A stretch of 60,965 nucleotides of DNA, the filler included, from Candidatus Ancaeobacter aquaticus (GTDB lineage Bacteria; Auribacterota; Ancaeobacteria; Ancaeobacterales; Ancaeobacteraceae): assembly GCA_030765405.1 (NCBI GenBank). It is 6 parts of 6 records of this genome, joined end to end, with 100 filler letters (N's around TTAATTAATTAA, not from the genome) between each part and the next. Parts side by side here need not be neighbours in the genome. Positions count along the whole stretch, not along the records: positions 26,733 to 32,596 come from JAVCCP010000058.1; positions 32,697 to 60,965 come from JAVCCP010000030.1; 4 more parts are not named here. One strand, written 5' to 3'. The notes beneath the pieces are model-generated. The model had not been told where the DNA came from, did not search any database, and saw only the letters and a list, made by a program, of their open reading frames with translations. The position numbers and the translations under genes are program-made. Of this stretch, positions 29,062 to 38,222 are shown in pieces (within the stretch, counting starts at the first letter, position 1; each line of letters opens with the position of its first letter).

Positions 29062-29395
29062 TTACTGCATTGCTACGGAGACAGGTTTATGGGAGTTTGA
29101 TACTAGGGATAGGAGTTATCGTCCTTTACAGTTGAGGGGTAAAAATATTTACCCCTCTAAATACTCTAAGTTCTTAAAAGCATTTAGTTAGTATGTCGAG
29201 CTATTTCTTTATTTTCTACTTATTTTCTTTAAAATCATAATGATGTATGTATTCCCTTTTGTGTAGAACGCTGTATAATAAGATATGAGGTGCACATTAT
29301 GGAATATTTTCCATTTTGTGAGGGGTTGCTAATGAAGCAAATAGTCCGTGCAAAACAGAAAGATTTACTGCAAACTAAGCACTTATTTGTTAGCT
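29061..29395 (+). repeat. Direct repeat copy 2 ending in an attI-like site
   Basis: Homologous to 27110-27392; ends CAAACTAAGCACTTATTTG|TTAGC (G 29389). Confidence 0.7.
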
Positions 29396-29415
29396 GAAGA
29401 TCAGGAGGAGCAATT

Positions 29416-29922
29416 ATGAGAGTCTGTCTTTCATTCATCATGCTATTTGTAGTCTTGTTCACTGGTTGTGTTACATTAACAGAGAATCATTTCTATGGAG
29501 TAGGGATAAAGAGTCTTCAGGCCCTCATCGATTTTCGAATAGATAGTTATTCAGAGGGAAAAGTGAAATATGGATCAGCTAAGTCAATCAATGATGACAT
29601 ACATGCCTGGGCTAGTGCTGATGTAGACCCGGGCCTGACTATTAAAATTACAAACAATACAGACAATCCAATATTTACTAACTATTTTACAGACGGTTTT
29701 GCCATCACTACTAAAGACGGTAAAGTATATCAGTTAGAAAAAGTCGGTATTTTAGAGTATCCTAGTAAGAGCTACATTAATCCTGGAGACACATTTCGTT
29801 ATCAATTTAAGAATCCTTTTGGGTACGGATCACAAAGGCTAGAAACCGAAACAGCGTGGATAGTCTGCGAGATTGGAACAGTTAATGAAAGAGTTACGAT
29901 AATTTTGAAGCCCTTGCCATAA
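29416..29922 (+). CDS. Putative lipoprotein (probable cassette 3)
   Basis: Lipobox LFTGC; attC-like half CCAACCAGCAGGTAAAC at 29942. Confidence 0.65.
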   Translation: MRVCLSFIMLFVVLFTGCVTLTENHFYGVGIKSLQALIDFRIDSYSEGKVKYGSAKSINDDIHAWASADVDPGLTIKITNNTDNPIFTNYFTDGFAITTKDGKVYQLEKVGILEYPSKSYINPGDTFRYQFKNPFGYGSQRLETETAWIVCEIGTVNERVTIILKPLP

Positions 29923-30121
29923 AAACAAAGTGTTTCTTCGACCAACCAGCAGGTAAACGCGTGTCCAAACAGGCCATTTGATTGCCTACCATACATTGAT
30001 ACCATGACAGTTTACAGAATTCTTTAGTAATGTACGATTGCTCGAAGATGGTGAAGTATTCAAGCTGTAGCCGTTTATAATAAATAGGTGTGACCCCTTT
30101 ATAGACTACTTTATACCTTTA

Positions 30122-30153
30122 TAGCCATAATTAAGTATCCTGTCCCCTTAATT
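30122..30153. repeat. GGGAC-core palindrome
   Basis: AATTAAG-TATCCTGTCCC-CTTAATT; 31/32 identical to 51939-51970. Confidence 0.88.
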
Positions 30154-30277
30154 CTTTGAACCCTAAATATTCACTTGATATTATCGTAAATTACTATAGT
30201 GTAAGCATATAAATGTGAGAAACAGGGGTTAGATAGAAAAGGGAGGTGCCCATTTTTCCCATACGAAAGTGAGACAT

Positions 30278-30415
30278 ATGGCAAAATTATTACTGTTTAT
30301 TCTATTTGCAATCGGGTTAGTGGTGCTGTTCGCGATTGGAATGATATTCGGGTTTTATGGCGTTTTGTTTGCATTGCTTCTGATTGGTGGTGGAATACTA
30401 ATATTCAGAGCTTGA
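30278..30415 (+). CDS. Small hydrophobic protein (45 aa)
   Basis: MAKLLLFILFAIG...; not in the supplied ORF track; bounded by palindromes at 30237 and 30421. Confidence 0.45.
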   Translation: MAKLLLFILFAIGLVVLFAIGMIFGFYGVLFALLLIGGGILIFRA

Positions 30416-30496
30416 CGATAGGTGTAGGGAAACTATTTCTCCTACACCATAAACTAATAAATGGTTGTTGCAATCATTTATTTAGAGGAGAAAAGT

Positions 30497-30664
30497 ATGA
30501 AAACAGAGACTTTTATCAAAAATAATACAGAATTGATTATTGTTCCTTATTCAGACAATAAATTCTGTATAGTTGTTAATAAGAATAATGGTATTAAACC
30601 TGTATTTCCATTTAATTCAAAGGGCGATGCAAAAAAGTGGGTTGAAAATTATAAAGGGGACTAG
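30497..30664 (+). CDS. Hypothetical protein
   Basis: GAGGAG RBS; coupled to next ORF. Confidence 0.5.
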   Translation: MKTETFIKNNTELIIVPYSDNKFCIVVNKNNGIKPVFPFNSKGDAKKWVENYKGD

Positions 30665-30666
30665 GT

Positions 30667-31110
30667 ATGAAAAAAAGATGCATTAAAAGTCTATCAATCG
30701 CAGTTATGTTCATGTTATGTATAAATACCGTGTGTTTTGCAGGAAACTATTACGCCATGATTGCACACAAATCGAAAAACAATAACTATCTTATTCGATT
30801 AATAAAATGCTCAAATGAGACAATTTGCAAACAGGTATTGGAAATAAAAAGTATAGATTTAGATAGTAATTGGAAATTTGCAGAAGGAGAATGTTTGTCG
30901 GGAAAACAATATGATAGCATGTACCGAGCAGTCTTTAATAAACAACCAGTCTCGGAGCCATATATTTATTTTATAGATGAAAATAATTTACCAACAGTCT
31001 TAAAGTTTATGGATATTAGTCCCTTTCTAGTTGATATTATGATAAATAAATGGGCAAAAGCTTTAAAAAATCAAGGCGCTAAAGGGATAACTATAATTAG
31101 GGCAAAATAG
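30667..31110 (+). CDS. Hypothetical secreted protein
   Basis: Signal peptide ending VCFA. Confidence 0.6.
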   Translation: MKKRCIKSLSIAVMFMLCINTVCFAGNYYAMIAHKSKNNNYLIRLIKCSNETICKQVLEIKSIDLDSNWKFAEGECLSGKQYDSMYRAVFNKQPVSEPYIYFIDENNLPTVLKFMDISPFLVDIMINKWAKALKNQGAKGITIIRAK

Positions 31111-31140
31111 GCAGTGTTAGAATAGGAATAGAGAAAAGGA

Positions 31141-31160
31141 AAAGGGGACTGCCCCCTTTT
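31141..31160. repeat. GGGAC-core palindrome (could also act as terminator)
   Basis: AAAGGGGACTGCCCCCTTTT. Confidence 0.7.
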
Positions 31161-31180
31161 TGTCATGAGAAAAAAATAAA

Positions 31181-32374
31181 ATGAATCAGCAATTTATGAT
31201 TACCTTTTTGATGAGCATTTCTGGTATAAGCATCCTTGCTTTGTACTTTCGAGAAAAAGATAATCTCGTCAAAGACATCGAAAAGCTAATCGAATGTTGT
31301 AAATCCCGTGAATCTTTTGATGAACGAAGCGAATATAAGATGGCTTCATGGCTTGAACTTGACAAGAGTGAATTGCATAGAAAATCATTTTTTTCCTTGA
31401 GAAGAATCAAAAATGAAATGCAACGCTATCTAAAAATACATATAGATATGGATAATGTTCCAGTCGAAAATGACATAGTAAATCATTTGCGAGAAAAATT
31501 TAGCGGAAATGAGATTTCTCTACAGGAATTATCCAAGATGCTGGGCTGTGATTTTGCTGAGGCTTCTCGTACAGCAAATAACCTCGAAGCAAAAGGAATA
31601 GTTGGAATTAAAACGATTAATGAAATCGGTCGTGATGATCCAGTTGACATTAAAATTATAAGATTTACCCCTCCTAGAAGTGATAATGTATTTCGCCATC
31701 CTTTATTTGTCGCAATTGTAAGTCCATTGATTATCGCCGCAGTTATTTGGACCATACCATATATTCAAAAATCTAACGAAAACCCCACTCAACCCATTTC
31801 AGAAGTATTCCCGATAGAAAAGAGAGACTCATTTAAAACACCAACTGTTATTACAAGTGATAGAGCTCCAATAAATGATATAAATGAAAGTAATTTTAAA
31901 AAAAGTGACTTTGTTCGCTTAAAAAAAATAGAAAAAGAATTAGAACGGTTAGCTGAGTTCATTGAATTAAAGGCAAACCATCGAGAAGATAAACAATTCC
32001 CAAAAATAAATAGATCCGTTGAGGCAACTGGGAGCACCGCCGAAAAAAAAGACATCCAAAACTTAAAAGAAAACACTTTAGTTTATGAAGACTATGTATG
32101 GCAACATGGAGTGAGGTCTATCATTAACATAAACGATAATGATATTCCTTTTGTTGAATCAGTATTCTTTCTAGGACGCAGCAAAAACTACAAAGAAGAT
32201 ATTGTAGTATCAAAATTATATAGAGGAAGTCATTATACATACAAAGTACTGCTGAAAACATACACTAATGATCCAGATTTAATAGCTATTGTTGCGAGGG
32301 AAGCTGTAAAGGAATTAATAAATTTGCATCCCTATTTTATGGAAAAGATACCCTTTGATTATGAAAATAAATAA
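31181..32374 (+). CDS. Hypothetical membrane protein with internal HTH-like segment
   Basis: Two TMs; ISLQELSKMLGCDFAEASRTANNLEAKGIV; followed by half attC at 32393. Confidence 0.6.
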   Translation: MNQQFMITFLMSISGISILALYFREKDNLVKDIEKLIECCKSRESFDERSEYKMASWLELDKSELHRKSFFSLRRIKNEMQRYLKIHIDMDNVPVENDIVNHLREKFSGNEISLQELSKMLGCDFAEASRTANNLEAKGIVGIKTINEIGRDDPVDIKIIRFTPPRSDNVFRHPLFVAIVSPLIIAAVIWTIPYIQKSNENPTQPISEVFPIEKRDSFKTPTVITSDRAPINDINESNFKKSDFVRLKKIEKELERLAEFIELKANHREDKQFPKINRSVEATGSTAEKKDIQNLKENTLVYEDYVWQHGVRSIININDNDIPFVESVFFLGRSKNYKEDIVVSKLYRGSHYTYKVLLKTYTNDPDLIAIVAREAVKELINLHPYFMEKIPFDYENK

Positions 32375-32489
32375 TAATACACAAAAAAATCACACCCAAC
32401 AATTCGTTGAGCGGATTTTATAATCTTGGGACAGATACTTATTGCAAGAAACCTGGGCCAAAAAAAGAAAGAATTAAGTGTTCTGTCCC

Positions 32490-32596
32490 GTGCGCCAAGA
32501 AAGCTAATGTAAGCAAGCTGGAAAACCAGCCCGACTAAAGCCTAACCAGCAGGTCGGTACAGAACTCAGCGCATAGTAAGGCAACGAATTATGCGA
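32490..32596 (+). mobile_element. Group II intron 5' end (copy 1)
   Basis: GTGCG start; hairpins GCTGG/CCAGC, CCGAC/GTCGG with CCTAACC loop, CGCATAGT/ATTATGCG; identical to 60859-60965. Confidence 0.8.
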
Positions 32597-32696
32597 NNNN
32601 NNNNNNNNNNNNNNNNNNNNNNNNNNNNNNNNNNNNNNNNTTAATTAATTAANNNNNNNNNNNNNNNNNNNNNNNNNNNNNNNNNNNNNNNNNNNN
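32597..32696. other. Artificial contig linker
   Basis: N44-TTAATTAATTAA-N44. Confidence 0.97.
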
Positions 32697-33022
32697 TAGA
32701 TATAATCGTCTTTTGTAATCCAATTTTTTAAGCGAAATCCTTTCGCGAATATGACCCTTTGTTTAAAAACCTCTAATTAAGCTTAAAATCATACCTTATG
32801 CGTATTGTTGCGGAATCGTTGTCCTGTAATTAATTCCATTGCATTTTACATTAAATATTGGTATAACAAGCTCTACGTAATAAATAAATAGACTCGAAGC
32901 TTTTGGTGTTTTCACCGCATCGAGTATTATGATAGTTTTTGTCGATTCACGATCCCACAAGGGGACAATACCCAGAAAAATTTACTTATAAATTTTATGA
33001 GTGTGAACGATAAACGAATATA

Positions 33023-33111
33023 GGAGGGGTGGCTGAGTGGTCGAAAGCAGCCGCCTGCTAAGCGGCTGATTGGGTAACACCGATCCCAGGGTTCGAATCC
33101 CTGCCCCTCCG
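33023..33111 (+). tRNA. tRNA-Ser(GCT)
   Basis: Acceptor GGAGGGG/CCCCTCC, anticodon GCT, long variable arm, GGTTCGAATCC; CCA not encoded. Confidence 0.95.
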
Positions 33112-33426
33112 TACTGATACTGTAAAAGTCTTGTGTGTAACAACAAGAGTTTTACGTAGTAGAAGTGTCCCCCCCGCTTCATGATTTTGGAGGCGGAGCC
33201 CGAGAAAATCTGGGGGGGATTATATTGAATGCGACCTAAGAAATCGCATAGCGATTTAGATGTTTTAAGCAGAAGATAGACTTAAGGTTTTCAATATTTT
33301 CACCGCGTCGGTGGAAAATCCCACTGACCGCGGTGTAGGTTTCTTCAAAGTTTAGAAGTCCGAAGATCAGAGATTTTATAGTGTTTATACGATCAACGAT
33401 CAACGAATATGCGGAGGTGCTCTATG

Positions 33427-34164
33427 GTGAAAAGTAATGGGTACATACCTTCTTACGGTAGCTTACTAGAGTTAAACACCAGTCGTGTGATTTTGGATGC
33501 TATTGATCCAGACACCTTGACCGATATTGTAAATAATTATCTTGATTTACTTGATACTTCGGCAGCTGTTTATGAACCAAACGGGGACTATGCTTTAGGT
33601 ATGTTTTCTTCTGGTTGGTGTCAGTGCCTTGACCAAGCATCACGTAACTTATGCGGCACAGATGACAATAAAAAAGCATTAGATTCAGGAAAATGGCTTT
33701 GCCATGAGTCTTGCTGGGTGGATGCATCTAAAGTATCTATACAAAGAGAAGAACCCGTTGATATTGAATGTCGTGGGGGAATCAGATTATATGCGGTACC
33801 GATTAAAGCGGGAAAAGAAGTTGTAGGTGCTATTAATTTTGGGTATGGCACTCCCCCTCAAGACAAGAAAAAAATAAGGGAAATCGCAGAAAAATATGGT
33901 GCTGATCCAAAAGAACTGATCAAACTGGCAAGGGCGTATAAGGTTCGTACACCATTTGCGATTGAAGCTGCAAAAAAACAGCTCCATACAACGGCAAAAT
34001 TGATTGGTGAGATTATAGAGCGAAAAAAGATTGAATGTGAACTAAAAGACAAAATGCGTGAGTTAGAGATTTTTAATAAAATGGCTGTTGGCAGGGAGCT
34101 CAGGATGGCCGAGATAAAAGAAGAAAATGAGCAGCTTAAGAAGAAAATAGAGAATAGTAACTAG
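33427..34164 (+). CDS. PocR-like sensor protein with GRELRM tail
   Basis: Cys-rich PocR pattern (WCQCL..C..SCW..IECRGGIRLYAVPI); tail ELEIFNKMAVGRELRM. Confidence 0.75.
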   Translation: MKSNGYIPSYGSLLELNTSRVILDAIDPDTLTDIVNNYLDLLDTSAAVYEPNGDYALGMFSSGWCQCLDQASRNLCGTDDNKKALDSGKWLCHESCWVDASKVSIQREEPVDIECRGGIRLYAVPIKAGKEVVGAINFGYGTPPQDKKKIREIAEKYGADPKELIKLARAYKVRTPFAIEAAKKQLHTTAKLIGEIIERKKIECELKDKMRELEIFNKMAVGRELRMAEIKEENEQLKKKIENSN

Positions 34165-34201
34165 TAGCATTCAACTAAAAACTCAAAAAGGAGGGTGTAC
34201 T

Positions 34202-34549
34202 ATGACGGAAGAGAAGAAAGAAGGCGTAAAAACAGTATTAGGTGTTGGAGAGAATATTGAAGGGTTATTATGTTATTTTTTGACTTTTGTATCCGCAGTA
34301 TTTTTCTTATTAGTTGAAAAAGAGAATAAGTTTGTCAGATTTCATGCTATGCAGTCGTTGGTTACTTTTGTAGGCATATCAATATTAGTGGCTATTACAA
34401 CAATAATTCCGATTTTAATACCAATTGCTCTTATTATAATGGTGGTCTCAACAATTCTCTGGCTTGTATTAATGTTCGCAGCGTTTTCCGGTAAGAAGTT
34501 TAAACTTCCATTTATTGGCGAGTACTGCGAAAAACAAATCGAAAAGTAA
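34202..34549 (+). CDS. DUF4870-like membrane protein
   Basis: ENKFVRFHAMQS; KFKLPFIG. Confidence 0.75.
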   Translation: MTEEKKEGVKTVLGVGENIEGLLCYFLTFVSAVFFLLVEKENKFVRFHAMQSLVTFVGISILVAITTIIPILIPIALIIMVVSTILWLVLMFAAFSGKKFKLPFIGEYCEKQIEK

Positions 34550-34563
34550 GTTTACCACATTAT

Positions 34564-34637
34564 GCGCCCATAGCTCAGTGGATTAGAGCATCTGCCTACG
34601 AAGCAGAGGGTCGGAGGTTCAAGTCCTCTTGGGCGCA
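34564..34637 (+). tRNA. tRNA-Arg(ACG)
   Basis: GCGCCCA/TGGGCGC acceptor stem; anticodon ACG; GGTTCAAGTCC. Confidence 0.95.
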
Positions 34638-34655
34638 TATTTACATTGGTGCCGT

Positions 34656-35129
34656 ATGATTGATCTAGAATCAGATGAATATTTTATGCGGGAGGCGCTT
34701 AAAGAGGCTGACCGTGCATTTGAAAAAGGCGAGGTTCCGGTAGGGGCAGTAGTTGTACTGGAAAAAAAGATCATAGCCAGAGCGCACAATCAAGTCGAAC
34801 TCCTCAAAGATGCTACTGCACATGCAGAGATCCTTGCACTTACTCAAGCGGCAAATACTATAGACAATTGGCGTCTTATAAATACTACGTTATATGTTAC
34901 AAAAGAACCCTGCTTTATGTGTGCGGGAGCATTAGTAAACGCGCGTGTTAAAAGATTGGTGTTTGGTGCGAGAGACCCAAAATCAGGTGGGGCGGGATCA
35001 GCTCTTAATATTGTGCAAGATGTAAGACAAAACCATATGATCGAAGTGGAGGGTGGTGTTCTCGAAGAGCCATCAAAATTATTATTGCAAGAATTTTTTA
35101 GGATACAGAGGTCTAAGAGTAATAATTAG
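34656..35129 (+). CDS. tadA: tRNA adenosine(34) deaminase
   Basis: GEVPVGAV; DATAHAE; TKEPCFMCAGAL; FFR near C-terminus. Confidence 0.93.
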   Translation: MIDLESDEYFMREALKEADRAFEKGEVPVGAVVVLEKKIIARAHNQVELLKDATAHAEILALTQAANTIDNWRLINTTLYVTKEPCFMCAGALVNARVKRLVFGARDPKSGGAGSALNIVQDVRQNHMIEVEGGVLEEPSKLLLQEFFRIQRSKSNN

Positions 35130-35152
35130 TTTGGAAAGGTGTTACGTCTTTT

Positions 35153-35178
35153 CACCGCCCCGATATATCGGGGCGGTG
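35153..35178. repeat. CACCGCCCCGAT palindrome family, copy 1
   Basis: Perfect 26-bp palindrome; relatives at 35686, 53374, 59480. Confidence 0.88.
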
Positions 35179-35428
35179 GAGGACAATCGTTGTAGGAAGA
35201 TTTTCATGGATACGGTGTCTGTAATGTTTTTGCTATGAACCATGAACTATGAACGAATTACGGAAAGGTGCCAGAGCGTAGTGATACCGGAAAAGACGAG
35301 TTCTAAAAGAAACGAGTATTTTTCAGGGTAGAACTATCCCCCCTGTATTATGATTTTGGAGGCGAAGCCCGAGAAAATCTAGGGGGGAGTTGAATTGCTT
35401 TGTGCGGAGTAAAAATTGTTTATAATAA

Positions 35429-35516
35429 GGAAAGGTGCCAGAGCGGTTGAATGGGGCGGTCTCGAAAACCGTTGACCTGAAAAGGTCCCAGGGTTCGAAT
35501 CCCTGCCTTTCCGCCA
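35429..35516 (+). tRNA. tRNA-Ser(CGA)
   Basis: GGAAAGG/CCTTTCC stem; anticodon CGA; long variable arm; CCA. Confidence 0.95.
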
Positions 35517-35652
35517 AAATGAAAGGCAGTTCTTTTGAACTGACATTTGTTTTGGTGGAAGGTATGGTGAGAACTTTGATTGTAAAAAGGGTTCGTTCCG
35601 ACCAGATTGGTAGCCCGATTATTTAGAGGATAGATTTGCGAAGCAAATCTTT

Positions 35653-35670
35653 ATCCCTGCCTTTCCGCCA
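35653..35670 (+). repeat. Duplicated 3' end of tRNA-Ser(CGA), att-like
   Basis: ATCCCTGCCTTTCCGCCA identical to 35499-35516. Confidence 0.85.
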
Positions 35671-35729
35671 GATGCTAATAATTCACACCGCCCCGATTAA
35701 TCGGGGCGGTGGGGAGTGAGGAGAATATA

Positions 35730-37301
35730 ATGATTAACACAGCAAAAAAAAGATATAGGTTCAGAATTGTTGTTCCGGCTTATCCGGCATTCAATATTTA
35801 TTCCCGCATTGCTCGGGAGACGACTGCGCTTGGACCGGTATGCGTTGCCAGTTCTGCACGTGAAATGGAAAAGTGGGATGTTGAGGTTATTGATGAAAAT
35901 AATCTCCGCAGATATGGGCCGAAGAAAGATTCAGGTCACGCAGATCACGAGTTTTTGGAACAGATTAGACCGGTGGACGTTGTTGGATTGTATGGCGGTT
36001 TAACAAGTACGATTCCAAGGCTATATGAAATAGCTCGTTTCTATAAAGATAAAGGGATAATCACTATTGCCGGTGGACAGCATTTCGTTGATGAGAATAT
36101 ATCCGAAGCGTTACACTCCTGCATTGATTATGTTGTTATTGGTGAAGCGGAAGAGACGATTAAAGAGCTTCTGCTTGTGATCGAAGGGAAGCGCGATCCA
36201 AAAGAGGTAAAGGGGATAGCCTATTTAGATAATGGAGAGGTTGTCCTTACTCCTGAAAGGCAGCCTCAGACAGATTTTGACAAATTACCTTTACCTGATT
36301 TTTCTTTAGTACGGTACGCGAAAATTACGTTGTATCCCGTTGAAAGGATACGAGGCTGCGGTATGGATTGCGAGTTTTGCACTGTTAAAGGCAAACCACG
36401 CTATGCTTCTCCTGAACGATTGCTTGAGTGCATTAGTTTTCTTCTTGAAACTAAGGACGCGAGACAGTTTTTTATTGTTGATGACCTTTTTGGGCAGCAG
36501 AGACAAGAGGCGATACGGTTTTGCCACATGCTGAGAGATTATCAGAAGCGTACAGGGAGAAAATTGGATGCCACGGTGCAGATACGTTTGGATAAAGCTC
36601 ATGATACTGAGCTCCTTGCAGCAATGCGTGAGGCAGGTATCAGCTTGGTATGCATTGGTTTTGAGTCACCGATCGCAGAAGAATTGCATGCAATGAATAA
36701 AAATATAAACCCGAAAGATATGATATCTCTTACAAAAATATTTCATACATTTGGTTTTTTGGTACACGGGATGTTTATTTTTGGATATCCAATGCAGGAA
36801 GGCGTTGATTTTAAGATGTCGGCACAGGAACGGGTAAAACATTATAAAAATTTTATTAGAAAGGCAAAACTTGATACGATACAGATACTGATAGCTGGAC
36901 CTCTTCCCGGGACAGATTTGACGCGTAGGCTCAAGAAACAAAACAGGGTCTACTCTGTTAAAGATGTAGGGTGGGAATATTATGACGGGAATTTTCCTCT
37001 CTTTGAGCCGGATGCACCGCTCAGCGCTGAAGAGATACATGCATCTGTCAAACAGATCATGAGTGGATTTTATCGGTTTCAATACTTGTTTGGTGTTGTT
37101 GTGAATATATTTTCATTCCCCTATTTGATACTGTTTTTGCATGACATTAAATCGGGATGGAGGAAATGGTATCGCTCATGGCGTAACGCGTTGATTCGTT
37201 TTGGCGGCTGGGTTATTATGAAGCGGTGGACAACAGCATTTAAAAAGGACGGGTTTTCACAAAAAATACTCAAGGCAAAAGATAATTTAAAGAGATCATA
37301 A
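35730..37301 (+). CDS. B12-binding radical SAM protein
   Basis: Cobalamin-binding N-terminus (GGQH, GEAE); CxxxCxxC (CGMDCEFC); DDLF. Confidence 0.9.
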   Translation: MINTAKKRYRFRIVVPAYPAFNIYSRIARETTALGPVCVASSAREMEKWDVEVIDENNLRRYGPKKDSGHADHEFLEQIRPVDVVGLYGGLTSTIPRLYEIARFYKDKGIITIAGGQHFVDENISEALHSCIDYVVIGEAEETIKELLLVIEGKRDPKEVKGIAYLDNGEVVLTPERQPQTDFDKLPLPDFSLVRYAKITLYPVERIRGCGMDCEFCTVKGKPRYASPERLLECISFLLETKDARQFFIVDDLFGQQRQEAIRFCHMLRDYQKRTGRKLDATVQIRLDKAHDTELLAAMREAGISLVCIGFESPIAEELHAMNKNINPKDMISLTKIFHTFGFLVHGMFIFGYPMQEGVDFKMSAQERVKHYKNFIRKAKLDTIQILIAGPLPGTDLTRRLKKQNRVYSVKDVGWEYYDGNFPLFEPDAPLSAEEIHASVKQIMSGFYRFQYLFGVVVNIFSFPYLILFLHDIKSGWRKWYRSWRNALIRFGGWVIMKRWTTAFKKDGFSQKILKAKDNLKRS

Positions 37302-37332
37302 AACGGCATTCAGAAAGTCGGGTTAAATACAG

Positions 37333-37878
37333 ATGGAACATAAGATTATACCAGTTACAAATAAAGAAAATATTCCTGAGGAATATCGTGATAATCCTAT
37401 AGGGTTATTGTTTGAATATCATAACTTAAATCGTCAGTATGATACATATTTACAGGCGCAGCTCTTGATAGGCATGTGTATGGATAGTCGCAAACATCTT
37501 CATATCCCTCCCAACTTTGCATATATTATACGTTCCGGAGGAGCAAACTTACGCTATAGTGAGTTTAAAGTCGCGTACGCGATTGCTGTAGGAAAGGTGA
37601 GTCATATCGCATTGATCGGTCATAATAATTGCGCAATGGTTAATTTAGCGTCTAAAAAAGAAGAGTTTATTAACGGTTTAGTTGATAGGGCCGGGTGGAG
37701 TAGGGGAGCGGCTGAGGAGTGTTTTATGAACCATGCTCCGAAGTTTGAAATAGGCAATGAAATAGAATTTATTGTCAGTGAAACAAATAGGTTGAGAAAG
37801 AAATATCCTAAGATCATGGTTGCTTCCCTGTATTACAAAGTTGAAGACAATAAGTTGTACTTCATTAGCGAAAGCTGA
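37333..37878 (+). CDS. Beta-class carbonic anhydrase-like protein
   Basis: CMDSR and HNNC zinc ligands. Confidence 0.8.
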   Translation: MEHKIIPVTNKENIPEEYRDNPIGLLFEYHNLNRQYDTYLQAQLLIGMCMDSRKHLHIPPNFAYIIRSGGANLRYSEFKVAYAIAVGKVSHIALIGHNNCAMVNLASKKEEFINGLVDRAGWSRGAAEECFMNHAPKFEIGNEIEFIVSETNRLRKKYPKIMVASLYYKVEDNKLYFISES

Positions 37879-37894
37879 AAAATAAGGATTTTTC

Positions 37895-38212
37895 GTGAAA
37901 CCCTCACAAGAAATACTGTCTGAGCAATGCGAAAAATGCGGTGCAAGCGAAATGGAAATGGTTGTACGCAAAAAATGGGCGCCACGTATTGGATACCTTC
38001 TTATATATTTAGTAATAGCAATAATCTTCTTTAGTCTTTACGGTACGTTCTCTTCTCGATACAGTTCTGATAACGTGATGCTTTTTTTTGTTGGCCTAAC
38101 ACCGCTTGTTGTCGCACCACTTATTATTGAGTTAAGACACAAAAAGATCGTTATGGGGCAGAAATGTTCACAGTGTAATTATTTTCAAAGCGATAAAAGC
38201 ATTAATACATAA
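37895..38212 (+). CDS. Hypothetical membrane protein with two CxxC motifs
   Basis: CEKC...two TMs...CSQC. Confidence 0.55.
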   Translation: MKPSQEILSEQCEKCGASEMEMVVRKKWAPRIGYLLIYLVIAIIFFSLYGTFSSRYSSDNVMLFFVGLTPLVVAPLIIELRHKKIVMGQKCSQCNYFQSDKSINT

Positions 38213-38222
38213 GGGAGGGTAT

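Noticed and set aside
9999..32696. TTAATTAATTAA motif repeated five times inside N runs
   Set aside because: Artificial six-frame-stop linker; not biological. ORFs with X runs and any synteny across these gaps were ignored.
32982..33182. Short ORFs overlapping tRNAs (also 35323-35517, 35435-35626, 52783-53007)
   Set aside because: Spurious translations of tRNA genes.
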